The position numbers were made by a program, and so were the translations under genes. From NCBI RefSeq assembly GCF_001194135.2, contig NC_068996.1, forward strand, positions 25,778,445-25,822,905: a stretch of DNA of 44,461 nt, written 5' to 3'. The notes beneath the pieces are model-generated. The model worked only from the letters and a program-made list of their open reading frames with translations. It was not told the DNA's origin and made no database searches. This DNA is from Octopus bimaculoides (lineage: Eukaryota). Below, in pieces: positions 10,721-24,239 of the stretch (the first letter of the stretch is position 1; each line of letters begins with the position of its first letter).

Positions 10721-11616
10721 ACACAAAAAAAATCATCATATTATTAAAATAAATGCTTGTTTTGTTTTGTTTTGTTTTGATTTTTGATTTCATTTTTTTT
10801 TACACTGTATTTGTAAAAATTATGAAGAACAAATAAAAATGTTGTCCTAATAGGGAACCAGAAGAATTAGCTTATCCGCAGACTCCATCACAGGTCAGTT
10901 CTGTTACAAGACAGGACACATTTGTGAAAATATAGGAATAATGCCAGCAACAAACATATCAATTCCACAGAGGAATAGAAATTCAAGAATCACCTTTCAG
11001 AAAATAATTATAACAACAATAATAATAATATGAAGAATGGTCTCTAATTTAGGTACAAAGCTCACAATATTGGAGCTAAAGGTTTAGTCAGTTACAATGA
11101 ATCCCCAGTACATGCTTGGAACTTTATTTTATTGACCCTGAAGGGAAAAAGACCTTTTTTTTTTGCTATAGATACCAGATAGAAGAAAACTATATTCCCA
11201 GCAATATTAAAAGAGGGTAGTGGGGCCATCTTCACAAGAAAATCAAAGACCAGATTTGTCCTACATGCTACAACAGCTGATGCCCACCCCACTCCATTGA
11301 AGCCAGCAATTCTTGGACGTTGCAGTGCCATTTTGTTACTTTGTATCTGGTCAGTCTCATCTGGCAGCATTTCTGTACCTGTAAAGTTTGTTTCAAACCA
11401 ACAATGCTCCTTAGCAGCAGCTGCTGTGGTGATGATAGTGGTGGTGGCAGAAGTAGCAGTAGTAGTAGTAGTAAATAAGTAAGTAATTTTGATTGTATTA
11501 AAGTGGAAAACTTGCAACATAAGGCTTACTTTTCTGCTCTAGTAAATTATCTATTTTTGACATAAAAATGTTCAAGTAAATATCTTTTTATATTTTTTAT
11601 TATTTCAGTCTGACAG

Positions 11617-11618
<2 letters not shown>

Positions 11619-11706
<88 letters not shown>
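11619..11706. repeat. (TG)n microsatellite
   Basis: Direct reading. Confidence 0.98.
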
Positions 11707-11710
<4 letters not shown>

Positions 11711-12024
11711 CGTGCACGTGTATGTGTGCACACATGTGTGCACACATGTGTGCCCATGGCCATCACAGACCCATCTTCTGAAACTGGGAAGACTGACTCA
11801 GTTAACATTTGTCTTCAACATTTGGAAGTTGAAGACTAGGGAAAGACATGTAGATGGAGTGAATTTTTGAAGGCTGAGTGTAATTTTTTGGAAGGTCCTG
11901 GTGTAATATTTAGTGTGGTTCCGAGGGGAGGTTGATGAGGGGAAAGAGAATAAATAATTAGGAGTGATTGAGAGAAGATGGCAAAGACCAGAAGCCATTA
12001 TAATAGGGGTAGAAAAGAAAGAGG

Positions 12025-12079
<55 letters not shown>

Positions 12080-12080
12080 G

Positions 12081-12123
<43 letters not shown>

Positions 12124-12179
12124 GTAGATTGATAGATAGACAGACAGATAGATAGATTGATGGATAGATAGATAGATAT
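12025..12179. repeat. (GATA)n microsatellite
   Basis: Direct reading. Similar tracts at 17943-18190 and 37695-37900 (the latter with GATG/GACG variants). Confidence 0.97.
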
Positions 12180-12899
12180 CTTTTTATTATAGCCACACAG
12201 GGCTAAAACCAGAAAATGGACAAATTACAAAGTAGAGCTTTTCTGGGGGTGGGGGGGATAATTTCGATCAAAAGGGATCGCGGAAAAAAAAGGTGGGGAT
12301 TTCGATATAGACAGACAGATAGATAGATTGATGGATAGATAAGTAGACAGATAGATAGATAAGTATATATATATATATATATATACAGAGAGAGAGGGTG
12401 AGGATGGGGGAAGGAGCGGGTGATAGTGAGGGGGTGGGTGAGGGAGTGGGTGAGGGAGAGAGAGGGTGTGAGTGACAGAGAGAGAGAGAGAGAGAGAGAG
12501 AGGCAGCATGTCCGTCGGCCAGTGGTTGGCAATGTATTTGTGAATATATTCATGCCAACCATTCAAGTGGCCGTTTTGGGGATATTCTTATTTTGGTTTG
12601 TAAATTTAATTAAACACACTTATTCTTTGATGCCTTTTTTTAATAATCTTTTTTTTTCTTTAAAGTTTTTGAGTCTGTTCCTTCTTATGTTTAAAATTAA
12701 ATACCATTTAAACGAATGTATTGCATAGGAAATGCTGCATTAAGAGTTTGTTCATGCTGTTAATCTAGAATAGCAGGAGGCATAGCTGTGTTCATACAGA
12801 GTTCAGTTTGTAGCCACAAGGTCTTGGGTTCTATCCCATTGCCTTGTGCATGGGATTAATAGATGGAAAATTTAAGGAAGGCCATCATATGATATATAT

Positions 12900-13150
12900 A
12901 CCATCATCATCATCACCATTTAAAGTCCGTCTTTCATGCTGGCATTGGTTGAATGGTTTGACAGGAGCTGACAAGCCAGAGGATTGCACAAGGCTTCACT
13001 GGCTCTTATGACATGCTTTCTACAGCTGGATGCCATTCATAATGCCAACCACTTTATGAAGTGGACTGGGTGTTTTTTACATGGCGTCCGCACAGGCAAA
13101 GTCTGCTTTGGCATGCTTTTTACGGCTGGGTATCCTTTCAAATGTCAACC
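12900..13150 (-). mobile_element. Family C (RTE-tail) element, decayed
   Basis: (ATC)n then TTTAAAGTCCGTCTTTCATGCTGGCATTGGTTG...TTCTACAGCTGGATGCC. Confidence 0.75.
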
Positions 13151-13212
13151 GCTCTACAGAGTGCTTATATGTTATATGTTTATATTTATAAACACATATG
13201 TGTGTATGTGTG

Positions 13213-13252
<40 letters not shown>

Positions 13253-13262
13253 NNNNNNNNNN

Positions 13263-13305
<43 letters not shown>

Positions 13306-13324
13306 ACACACATGTGCTTGTCGG

Positions 13325-13505
13325 TGGCACATAATAAAGCAGCCATTACACTCTCGGCGTGGTTGAAATTAGGAAGGGCATCCAGCCATAGAAACCTCGC
13401 CAAATCAGACTGGCATTTGGTGCAGCCTTCCAGCTTATCAGTTCCACTCAAACCATCTAACCCATGCCAGCATGTAAAGCAGACGTTAAATGATGATGAT
13501 GATGA
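13325..13505 (+). mobile_element. Family C (RTE-tail) element
   Basis: GTTAGG-like AGGAAGGGCATCCAGCCATAGAAACC...CCCATGCCAGCATGTAAAGCAGACGTTAAATGATGATGAT. Confidence 0.85.
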
Positions 13506-14405
13506 TATAGGTGCAGGCATAATTGTGTGGTGAGAAGCCTGCTTCCCAACCACATTGTTTCAAGTTCAGTTTCACTGTGTGGCACCTTGGGCAAGTGTAT
13601 TCTCTTAAAGCCTTAGGCACAGAAATGCTGTTATTGAGAATACTGTAGAAAGAAAGTACAAGATCAGGGTTTTTATAACTCAGATTAACAAAGAAGATAT
13701 TTTAATTCACCACACATTCATTAACATTAATATGTGTGTGCATATTTAAAGTTTACTCTGTATATTCACATCTTTGTTTCCTGTGGCCTAAATCAAAAAA
13801 AAATTTGCCAATCTAGTGAGTGTACATGCTATGTTCTTGATTCTAAATAATCTTACAATGTTAAGCCTTGTGGTGTGTTGTTAATATGAGAATTGTCCAA
13901 AATAGATTGTTTTTACAGATTAGATTACGTCATTTACACTTAAAGTAGCCTGAGACATAAAAGAGATAGATGAACTGCAGCTTGTTGTAACATAGCCCTA
14001 ATATTATAGGTTTCCAAATTTCTTTTTAAGTGTTCATATTTGCTGCCAAGGATTTTGAGTATAGAGAGGAGAAAAAGAAAGTAAGAGAGGGAATTTATCT
14101 TTCAAGTCATTGCTTTTATTAATTATTATGGGGCTATTTTCTTTCAATCTATGTAGGAAAAATGGCCCATAGAATCAGTGGAAAAACTGAAGGCCATTGG
14201 TATTGCTATAATGAAAATTAGCATTTATGCTCAACCAAAATACATTACACAATCATGATGGATTGATATACAATATTGAATAAAAATCCTATTTGCACAC
14301 ACATGCTATCAAACACCAAGACAGGTAACTGAAGCAGCATATCACAACAGAAAGAACGAGTGGATTATCTTCATCTTCATACCTCACAACTATACTCTTC
14401 ACATA

Positions 14406-14495
14406 AGCAGCAGCAGCAGCAGCAGTAGCAGTAGTAGTAGTAGTAGTAGTAGCAGCAGCAGCAGTAGCAGTAGTAGTAGTAGTAGTAGTAGCAGC

Positions 14496-14533
<38 letters not shown>

Positions 14534-14534
14534 C

Positions 14535-14577
<43 letters not shown>
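14406..14577. repeat. Compound (CAG/TAG)n microsatellite
   Basis: Direct reading. Confidence 0.97.
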
Positions 14578-15439
14578 ACTATTCAGGGCATTAGAGAGCA
14601 TAACTGAAAATAATATGGAATAATGTAACATAGTATAATATAATTAACTAAGCAATACATCGATGCATATACATATGTACATATGAGTATAAAGCATTCA
14701 CATGCATTTGTATGTGTGTGTTTCCTTTCTCTGCTTCTTATAATCACTATTACCCAGAGCTCACTGGTCTGTTGTCACTTTCAGTCAGCCTCTCTCCCCA
14801 CACTCACTCATTTCTTCTCTTTTCAGCACTCATATTGAGTTCACCATTGTGCAATTTCCAAACTAACCACATCGTTTTTTTTTTATTTCTTTCTTTCTTT
14901 TGAAATATTGATTAGAAAAATATAATCTTTATACTTTCCTAATCTTTAAATGTCATACTTTCATATACAGGCATCAGTTGAGTCCAAAATAAGGGACATT
15001 TCATGCTTTATATGAATGAAATCTTAGAGAAAAGGGAAAAGAGGGAGATTTAATGTTCATGCTTTTTTTTTATCCATAGTTTTAACAGTTCAGGTAAGTT
15101 CCACAAATGGAAAACTGATTCTGCATTTGGGATGATGTTGCTGTTACACATACACATAGGCATCCTTAATGCATCTTAACCCCTTAGTTTTCAGACTAGT
15201 CTGTCAAATGTACTGCTTATTTACTCACATCATTTTGAGTTAATCCTGTATTATCTCATACCTCCAAGATTTTGATGATGTGATTGTTTATTTTTCAAAT
15301 GACATTGTAGGGTAGGAGTGAGAGTCTAGATCTGGCCAGTTTGAACATAAAACAGGAAGAATATTTGGGCCAGATATGGTTGGTCTAAATGCTAAAGGGT
15401 TAAAGAAAGACCACCAGGCTGACTGACATGAGGTCACTC

Positions 15440-15960
15440 ACTAACACACTCCAAGTTGTGATCCACAGATAGGTTGTCTCTTCTCTCTGTCTTTTCAGCA
15501 CTGACTGGTCTCATGTCACCTTCACTCAGGCACTTCAATATCTTTCCTACTGTCATCACACATTCTAATTCCACATCCCACATACTGAGTAGGGTGTTGT
15601 CAAAACCACTAGTCCCAATTCTTTCTCCCCAGGATGTTGTTATTCGAGAATTTCTTACCTGCATGTAATTATCCTGAAACAATCAACTTCAAGAAGAACA
15701 TTAACCACACCATTCTCACTGATCCCTAGAATGTCTGTAAAGGCCTTAAGTACATTCCCTTCCTTAAGATCAAACTGTTATGCGGATCCTCATCCACTTG
15801 TATGTTGTCATCAGCACTGTAATATTCTTGTCACCACTAATATCTTGTGGCAGTATTCCGTGTCTTATTATCTTTGACTTGTCAATTGTGCTATCGCTGA
15901 TAGCTCTGCAAGACAATGACTTTGAAATGTCTACCTTGATGGTAACTCGAGCTCATATAT
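15440..15960 (-). mobile_element. Possible very old LINE endonuclease relic
   Basis: Only weak motif echoes across frames (GRHFKVIVLQSY, ISENGVVNVLL, SVDHNL). Confidence 0.3.
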
Positions 15961-16453
15961 ATCATGTAACTGTCACTGACTCCAACTTAGAACTCATACA
16001 ATAACTATACTGCTACTAACCTGCTACAATGACTAAATTGTCTGACTTTATAGTGGCTGTGTCATACCACTTTGTCACGTGGAAAGGTGAGTTCCATTTT
16101 CACTACAATGCAAACCAATAAAGTTAGAAAGAAAATTGAAGTTGAATGGCTTGAAACTGATGACCTACACACGCATGCAACAACAACTTCCCAATGCAAC
16201 ACTCATCCAACATACTTAATTTTTTTAAATAGTTCTTTACTTTAAAACACAAGCTGACACTTTCATTTTTCTTCTTGAATGGCAAGAGTATTGAGGATTG
16301 AATCATAGTAAATATATGTTATCACTAGTTCTTTTAACCCTTTAGAGTTTAAACTGGCCTTATCTGATCCACATATCTTATATAGCTTTGGGTTGACTAA
16401 AGCCTTGTGAGTGGATTTGGTTGACAGAAACTGGAAGCAACCATTTCAACGAT

Positions 16454-16513
16454 GCGTACTGCCTTAATTCTTCGAAACGCCGGTGTTTTAATGGTGGCAG
16501 CTGATGAAGGAGA
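16454..16513 (+). other. Hammerhead core elements in non-canonical strand order
   Basis: GCGT-A-CTGCC ... TCTTC-GAAA-CGC ... GGCAG-CTGATGA-A-GGAGA, with all three helices complementary. Confidence 0.4.
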
Positions 16514-16984
16514 TGTTTGTATGTGGCTTGCTTGTTTGTTGTACCTTGTTTATCATTTTGTCCATGTTCTTTTGCTATGTCATGTACCCAGTTATGTATC
16601 TATATGTACATGTAGATGAAGGTATGTACAAATATGTACATATATATGCATATACTCATATATTGTTTATATATATATATATATATATATATGCGTGCGT
16701 GTGTGTGTGTATGTGTGTATCTTTATGTCTGTGCTTGTCTCTAGCCATTGCCTGACAACCAGTGTTGACATGCTTATGTCACTGTAACTTAGCAGTTTGG
16801 CAAAAAAGACCAATAGAATAAGTACTAGACTTTAAAACAAAAAATAAACACTGGGGTAAATTTATTCAATTAAAAATTCTTGGTGACAGTCTAATGACTG
16901 AAACACGTGAAAGACAAAAAAGAAGTCAGAACAAATGCCACAATTCTACAAATTCCTGCTATACATTCAAACTCCAATCTAATA

Positions 16985-17560
16985 ATGGTTTCAAATTTTA
17001 GCACAAGGCCAGTAATTTCAGGGGAGGTGATAAGTTGATTATATCAACCCCAGTGCTCAACTGGTATTCATTGTATTGATCCCAAATGGATGAAAGGCAA
17101 AATTGACCCCTCTGACATTTGAACTCAGAACATAAAGATGGACAAAATTCTGCTAAGCAGTTTTGTCTGACATAGTAATGACTCTGCTAGCTCACTGTCT
17201 TAGAAGCACCATGCTGATAATGGTTTTTAATTTAGGCACAAAACCAACATTTTTGAGGGGTTAGGTGAGTTAGTTAATATCCTTGACCCCAGTACTTGAA
17301 AAGTATTTTATTTTATTGATCCTGAAAAGATGAAAGGGCAAAGTTGACCTAGGCAAGATTTGAACTCAGAATATAAAGAGCTATCATTTTGTCTAACTCT
17401 TTAACAATTCTGCTAGCCTGCTGCCTTAACTTCTTTCCATTTCTTCTTTATAATTTTGGTACAGGTCCACAAATTTTATTGGGAGGGGGACAGCTGATTA
17501 CATCAACCCCCAGTAATTCATTTTATCAACCCTGAAAGAATAGAAGGCAAATTTGACCAT
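16985..17560 (-). mobile_element. Three adjacent family B SINE copies
   Basis: Repeated ATTGATCC...AAAGGATGAAAGGCAAA.TTGACC...ATTTGAACTCAGAA blocks at about 16985-17205, 17225-17425 and 17445-17560. Confidence 0.78.
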
Positions 17561-18006
17561 CATTACCATCACCATCGCCACCACGCAATCATCATCATTT
17601 AAGGTCCTCCTACCAATTTTGATCACCTGGTGAAAACAGTTTTTCCATGATGTAATCATTGTAGTAAAACTATTCATCAATAAATAATACATTTGAAACA
17701 ATTGTAGTGAACCTTTAAACCCTTTTGTATTCTTCTTCTATGCAAATGCCATACTTGGAACCTTCCTTACATTGGATTGTTGCTTACATTGAATCGTGAA
17801 CCTACATGCATGTATGTATATGTATATATATGAAGATATGTATCTATGTGGTACATATTACATATTTGCTAAATTTGACCCTTTCTTGGTATCCTGAATG
17901 TTAAAATGCTTTGATTCTAACAAATCCTACAACTGATCAATGATAGATAGACAGACAGATAGACAGACAGATAGACAGACAGACATATAGACAGACAGAA
18001 AGATAT

Positions 18007-18099
<93 letters not shown>

Positions 18100-18112
18100 C
18101 AGNNNNNNNNNN

Positions 18113-18172
<60 letters not shown>

Positions 18173-18186
18173 ACAAATAGACAGAC

Positions 18187-18222
<36 letters not shown>

Positions 18223-18399
18223 TCTTTCTTTTTTTCGTTTTCTACCTAGTAGAGTAACATCCCCCCTTTTATTCAACAGTTTTTCATAGCATCTGTTGCC
18301 ATTAATAGCTGACAAGAATGCATTGTAGCTCTTCGCTCCGACATTTGAAACTCCAAGTACTATAATGACAACCTTTTAGTGTTTGTTCTAAATTATAAC

Positions 18400-18570
18400 A
18401 CACACACACGCACATAAACAGCTTCTATCTAACAAATTCTCTCATAAAACATTTGTTGGCATGGGGTTGTCGTACAAGACACTTGTCCAAAGTGTCACAC
18501 AGTGGGGCTGAACCCCAAATCACATAATTGCAAAAGTGATCTTCTTAACCACACAGCCAATGCTGCACCT
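18400..18570 (-). mobile_element. Family A SINE, decayed
   Basis: AAGACACTTGTCCAAAGTGTCACACAGTGGGGCTGAACCC...CTTAACCACACAGCCA. Confidence 0.75.
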
Positions 18571-19909
18571 ATATGGGAGAGTTATTTTTACTAAACTCGT
18601 ATCCTTTCCAGTGGATGATTTCTGTTACGCCCACTTCAGAAACTTGAGTTAAGTACTGGCATAATGAAAGTTTCTGAATAGACTAAACACAATATTTTTT
18701 CCTTTTTTTTGTTAATTTTCTGATAGCAATATCTAATTAGATTAATTGGCAGTTATAAAATATCATTAAACAATTTTTATTAATTTATTCATAAAATTTG
18801 CAAGAGGTGTTTTGTATAGAATGTAAAATCCTATTTAAAAATATAAAAAAATAATAAAAATGGAAAAAAGAAAAGGCAGTGAAAATAACCAATAAAGAAG
18901 TGAGGAAACAATAACTTTTCTAGTTTCTGGTTTACCAGAAATCAATGCATTGTTTCATTGATTTTTAACATTTATTATTGAAATTTCTCATTCAATCTCA
19001 TTATATATAGGTTTATGGAAAGAAGAGAGTAAGCTATTTATTATATAACTGCAAGACAAGAAAAAAGTTCAGTGCCTCTTACCTAAGTGAGAAACAGCAA
19101 TGTTTTGAGCATAACATGAATAAGGCTTTAATCATTTTGGTGGAGGTGACATGGCCTAGTTATTAGGCTATTGAACTATCATTAAATACTGTATGCGTTT
19201 AAATACACTACAAGCATTTTGTCACCATAGTTCACCTAGGTACCACTAGCTCATCTGGTAATGTTACCTGTGATAGACTGGTGCCTTATCCTGGTGGGGG
19301 TTTATCTCTCACCCTCTCTGTTGTGTTTCTGTACACAACACTATATTGTACATTACCACAGACCACCTAGTTCCCACTAGATTTTTCTCTCACTCCCTCA
19401 GTTGTATTACTACCACAGTTTTTCTAATTGTCAGTAATAAGGTATTAGATTATCTGATGTTTTATCCAGATTATGGTTTATCTCATAGGTATTTCACATT
19501 ATAAAATAAGGGTTAAGAACCATTTCCTTTCTCCCTGTAGTTTATTACTACATTCTTACATCTTAAAAAAATGTGAGGAAAACAAAAAAATCTTTTTTAT
19601 ACCACATTTCACATTTTCTGAAAATTGAATATCTAAGAATTCTGGAGCCTAAGGTAAGGTAAAGGAATATAAACAAACCAACTTAAGGCATGAGAGTTGG
19701 GAAATATATAGTTATGAATTTTTTGCTTCCTTCCTTTCTTTTAGGGCCAAGAAGCATTGAGAGCGGGAACAAATACAGCTAGCCATTTTACATGCCATTC
19801 TAAAAAAAATTCCAAATTCACTGGTTTATCATATCTATTCAAGATGAGTAAAGAGTAAATTCTACATCTTGTCATTTAGCTGAAGAATCAAAACAAGATA
19901 ATCAGACTC

Positions 19910-20235
19910 ATCGTCATTTTATGTCTACTTTCCAAGCTGGCATGGGTGGATGGGTAGGAAGGTTTGACAAGAATTCAACAGACTGGAGGATCACGTCTTT
20001 CTCCAAAGGCTTGGTTTCAGCATGATTTCTGTGGTTGGATACCCTATCTAACATCAATCACTTTACAGAGTGTACTGGATGAATTTGTTTGTGGCACCAG
20101 CTCTACAGATGTTGTCTTGCTGTCAGCAAAACAAAAGAGTCCTTTCAAGGTTTGTGTTGCCACCGTTTGAATTGATAACTAATTATTTTGAGAGTACTGG
20201 GTGTTTTTTTTTTTGTGGCACCAGCACCAGTAGGG
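19910..20235 (-). mobile_element. Family C element, decayed
   Basis: CATCGTCATTTTATGTCTACTTTCCAAGCTGGCATGGGT... resembles the RTE 3' tail. Confidence 0.6.
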
Positions 20236-20771
20236 TTGCCTTGTGGCTGGCAAAATGAAAGAGAACACCTCATGATGGAAGGAACAGATTTATTTTGAGA
20301 GGACGGTAAGGCCAAGAATAACAGAGGGAACTGCCGAGGTGGAATTAACAGAGACAGAGAAGAGGGGCATAATAATATCAGAGGCTAGTGTGAAGGAAAT
20401 GAAGAGAAGGCAATTGGTAATAGTAATAGGGGTGGATTGGTTAGGTGGACCTAGTTATGAGGGTGTGGAGGGGGTCTGTCTGTCTGCAATGCCCACATGA
20501 ATTAAATGATTTGTTAGGATCTAAGGCTAGATTATTGTTGAGATAGGGAAGAGATACTGTTAACGAGAGAGGTAATAGTAATGATATGAAAAGTAGTGTC
20601 AGTGGGAGGTAGTGAGAAGGAATTAGAGAGTGACAAGACAGTAGAGAGGGTTGAGCAGGGTGCGGTGTGGTGCTACATTAGTGATTTAAGTGGTTTGTAA
20701 ATGAAGGATAAGATGGAAGAGCATAGTGGAAGGGAAAGAAAGAGGTAGTGTTAGCAGAATACTGTGATAGA

Positions 20772-20821
<50 letters not shown>

Positions 20822-20880
20822 TAAGGGTAGCAGAGAGGGAGGATGAGGGAGCTGAGTAGGAGGATATGCAGGGCTACCCC

Positions 20881-20941
<61 letters not shown>

Positions 20942-21464
20942 GATGAGTAGAATGGTGTGGAAGAGAGATGGATAAGATGATGATGAGGGGGCCAGGTTAA
21001 TTGAAATGTCATGGGAGTCTACTGTGTTGCTCATCAACACTGTTCTATTTTCACAGATATTAAAGATTCTGATATTTATCATTCTGTGACTACCAGTTTC
21101 TTTTCTTTGTCTTTTTTTTTTGTCTTGCTTGTTCTTGGAGCATTCAGGAGGTGGTGGTAGTGGTGTTAGCATTGTTGGTGGAGCAGCGTGGGGGGGAGGT
21201 ACAAATGTAGGAGCAAAGAATTGTTCAAGAGGTGGTGGTGCAGCATGTGTGTGTGTGTATGGGTGTGTGCATGTGTAGATGGGCTACAATGTAGAAGTAA
21301 GGAATTGTTGAACTTCCTTTTGTAAATTGGATTAAAAGTTATTGGCCAGAATTCTTCATTGCTTATTGCAAAAGCAGTTAGCTGAGCTACTACAAAAACC
21401 TTCATTGTTCTTAAATATATGATGACCTCATTTGATTAAGTTAGATAAGATTAAATTTCTGCTG

Positions 21465-22040
21465 TTACACTGGTAGTGCTGTTGGTGGTGTTAATGGTTG
21501 GTGTGGTGGTAATGTTGGTGTTGGCTGTGGCGCTGATCATGGTGATGATCGTGGTGGTAACAGTGGTGGTTGTGATGGTGGCATTGTTGCTGGTGGTGAT
21601 GGTGGTGTTCTCTGTGATAGTGCTGGTAGTGACCACAATGGTTGTGATGCTCGTGTTGGTGCCAGTGGTGTTGTTGTTAGTAGTGTTATTGTTTTTGGTG
21701 TTGGTAGTGGTGGTGGTGGTGGTGGTGGTGGTGGTGGTGGTAATAGTTTTGTAGTGGTGGTGGTGGCATTAGTGTTCTAGCTAGTGGTGATGTAGAAGTG
21801 TTATTGCTATTGGTGGTGATTGTAATGGTGGTAGTGATGATAATAGCATTGGGTGGTAGTAGAAATGATGTTTACAACAGTGATGGCATTCTTGCTGATA
21901 TCATTAGCAATTGTAGAAGTGGTGGTGGTGGTGGTGGTGGTGGTAGTACTGATGCTGTTGCATGATGGTAAAATGAAAATGAACACCAACTGTTGCTCTT
22001 GGGTGGTAATACAAGCGATAGTGATTGTTGTTGTAGTTTA
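21465..22040. repeat. Degenerate (GGT/GTT/GAT)n low-complexity tract
   Basis: Direct reading; it produces the poly-V and poly-T ORFs. Confidence 0.92.
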
Positions 22041-22152
22041 GACCGACCCAGGTCAGCTCAACTCTGAATGAGAAGAAGTATGGTCAACCAGGGTCCATAT
22101 GGCCCTTTGGGGGCCACATGAGATTTTGTTGTTAAAATTTCTGTGCGATAAA

Positions 22153-22324
22153 GGTGCAGGCATAGCTGGTGGCTGTATGGTAAGAAGCTTGCTTCCCAAC
22201 CACATGGTTCTGGGTTCAGTCCCACTGCGTGGCACCTTGGGCAAGTTGTCTCTATGATAGCCTCGGCCCAACCAAAGCCTTGACAGTAGATTTGGTCGAC
22301 AAAAACTGAAAGAAGCCCATCGTA

Positions 22325-22358
<34 letters not shown>

Positions 22359-22610
22359 CACACACACACATATTTATGTGTCTTTGTTTCCCCACCACCA
22401 CATCACCATTTGACAACCAGTGTTGGTGTGTTGGCATCCCTGTAATTTAGCAGTTCAACAAAAGAGACTGATAGAATAAGTACTAGGCTTGCAAAGAATA
22501 AGTCCTGGGGTTGATTTCTTCAACTAAAACTCTTTAAAGGCAGTGCTCCAGCATGGCTGCAGTCAAATGACTGAATCAAGTAAAAGAATGACAATCAAGT
22601 GAAAGAATAA
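22153..22610 (+). mobile_element. Near full-length family A tRNA-derived SINE
   Basis: A-box-like TGGCTGTATGG, B box GGTTCAGTCCC, CORE-like GGCACCTTGGGCAAG, internal microsatellite and tail ...GACTGAATCAAGTAAAAGAA. Confidence 0.9.
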
Positions 22611-23025
22611 ATTGGTTATACTGTTACAATACACAAAATATTTTGAACAATTTTTTAATACAATTTATTCATAATTTTCATTTATAAAAATATCTGATTT
22701 TTTTTAAACATTGAATGGCTAGGAGGATCCATCAGAGCAAAATAGGAATTAAAAGGGCCCATAAGTAAAAAAACGGTTGAGAGCTACTAGTATAACATGA
22801 CGCAGTTTAGCAGCCATTTCTAGCACATCAAGTGATCACACAAGAGGTACTTCATTGATGGTGTTGTTAGATGACAGTAGTAATGGTGGTGGTGGTGTCA
22901 GCAGTAGGGTTGTAGTGGTACTGGCAGAGTGGCAGTGGAATTGTTGCCCCGATCCAGTAGACATGTTATCAAGTGTGTTCTATCCACAAGCATCCTTCCT
23001 TTCAGTGAGAGAAAACCTCAGGCAT

Positions 23026-23072
<47 letters not shown>

Positions 23073-23404
23073 NNNNNNNNNNNNNNNNNNNNNNNNNNNN
23101 NNNNNNNNNNNNNNNNNNNNNNNNNNNNNNNNNNNNNNNNNNNNNNNNNNNNNNNNNNNNNNNNNNNNNNNNNNNNNNNNNNNNNNNNNNNNNNNNNNNN
23201 NNNNNNNNNNNNNNNNNNNNNNNNNNNNNNNNNNNNNNNNNNNNNNNNNNNNNNNNNNNNNNNNNNNNNNNNNNNNNNNNNNNNNNNNNNNNNNNNNNNN
23301 NNNNNNNNNNNNNNNNNNNNNNNNNNNNNNNNNNNNNNNNNNNNNNNNNNNNNNNNNNNNNNNNNNNNNNNNNNNNNNNNNNNNNNNNNNNNNNNNNNNN
23401 NATA

Positions 23405-23562
23405 TATCATCATCATCATCATCGTTTAACGTCCGCTTTCCATGCTAGCATGGGTTGGACGATTTGACTGAGGACTGGTGAAACCGGATGGCAACACCAG
23501 GCTCCAGTCTGATTTGGCAGAGTTTCTACAGCTGGATGCCCTTCCTAACGCCAACCACTCAG
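23405..23562 (-). mobile_element. Family C element, young copy
   Basis: (ATC)n GTTTAACGTCCGCTTTCCATGCTAGCATGGGTTGGACGATTTGACTGAGGAC, identical over this stretch to 44395-44461, with (AT)n-type sequence at both ends. Confidence 0.92.
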
Positions 23563-23754
23563 AATATATATATATATATATTAGATAATAAATTGTATAG
23601 TATACACCTTGTAGTTTACCAGTAAAGCATGTTTACTTTCACAGTGTTTGTTGGGTATTAATGAAAGAGATGGAAGATAGAAGATACAAGAATGTTTATT
23701 GATGCTAGATGAGTTGAAACAATTGTATTAATCTAATATATATACGTATACATA

Positions 23755-23909
23755 GGTGCAGGAGAGGCTGTGTGGTAAGTTGCTTGCTTATCAACCACAT
23801 GGTTCCAGGTTCAGTGCCACTGTTTGGGCAACTGTCTTCTATTAGAGCCTCAGGCCAACCAAAGCCTTGTGAGTGGATTTGGTAGACGGAAACTGAAAGA
23901 AGCCCGTCG

Positions 23910-23946
<37 letters not shown>

Positions 23947-24187
23947 ATGTGTGTGTGTGTTTGTGTGTCTGTGTTCCCCCCCCCCNNNNNNNNNNNNNNN
24001 NNNCCCCCAACATTGCTTGACAATCAATGCTGGTGTGTTTATGACTCTGCAGTTTGGCAAAAGAAACCGATAGAATAAGTACTAGGCTTAGAAAGAATAA
24101 GTCCTGCGGTCAATTTGCTCGACTAAAGGCGGTGATCCAGCATGGCTGCAATTAAATGACTGAAACAAATAAAAGAATAAAAGAATA
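23755..24187 (+). mobile_element. Near full-length family A SINE
   Basis: Same head, core and tail as 22153-22610. Confidence 0.9.
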
Positions 24188-24190
24188 TAC

Positions 24191-24239
<49 letters not shown>

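Noticed and set aside
11092-11520. 142-aa minus ORF with an open antisense frame
   Set aside because: No recognisable domain, it begins in a trinucleotide tract, and there is no convincing splice pair.
16440-16500. Minus-strand ATIKTPAFRRIKAVRIVEM as an alternative exon of a BK/slowpoke channel
   Set aside because: Only a loose resemblance, a poor donor site, and no other channel exon in the window. The segment is joined to a SINE core through microhomology and looks like repeat sequence.
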